In this document: one piece after another, positions 63,979-64,000 of the stretch
Layout: each line of letters starts with the position of its first letter
How positions within the stretch are numbered: position 1 is the stretch's first letter
From: Lingula anatina
Lineage: Eukaryota; Animalia; Brachiopoda
NCBI GenBank assembly: GCA_051362555.1
Contig: CM120646.1
Span: forward strand, 5,146,001 to 5,210,000
Reading direction: 5' to 3'
DNA: 64,000 nucleotides
Notes under the pieces: generated by a model
Told to the model about the DNA's origin: nothing
What the model saw: the letters and a program-made list of their open reading frames with translations, nothing else
Databases searched by the model: none
Made by a program: the position numbers and the translations under genes

Positions 63979-64000
63979 CTGTTGAGGAGTAAGGTGTAAA

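Noticed and set aside
1-64000. tRNA, rRNA, CRISPR or prokaryotic operons
   Set aside because: None recognised; all genes have spliceosomal introns.

Overview
AT-rich, intron-containing animal DNA, probably from a lophotrochozoan-type invertebrate (inferred from the gene content). It has no prokaryotic features. Manual splicing of exons that the ORF track mostly misses reveals five paralogous 3-exon genes for small secreted H-type lectins (113 aa, resembling octocoral SLL-2 and Helix HPA). One copy runs off the left edge, three are intact, and one is frameshifted by a 17-nt deletion. The copies are arranged as tandem and inverted duplications, look mosaic, and differ at predicted sugar-binding residues. 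Between copies 1 and 2 lies a 2-exon class A GPCR (~663 aa) with an unusual ~355-aa Cys-rich ectodomain and degenerate activation motifs. To the right are a complete 8-exon CYP2-clan cytochrome P450 (503 aa) and the last three exons of a single-pass membrane protein with a SEA-like juxtamembrane region. The remainder is a ~4.2-kb tandem duplication, a decayed Tc1 element, Kolobok-, Harbinger- and hAT-like non-autonomous elements, LINE fragments, a 39-bp minisatellite and microsatellites. Family assignments come from motif recognition only; no database searches were run.
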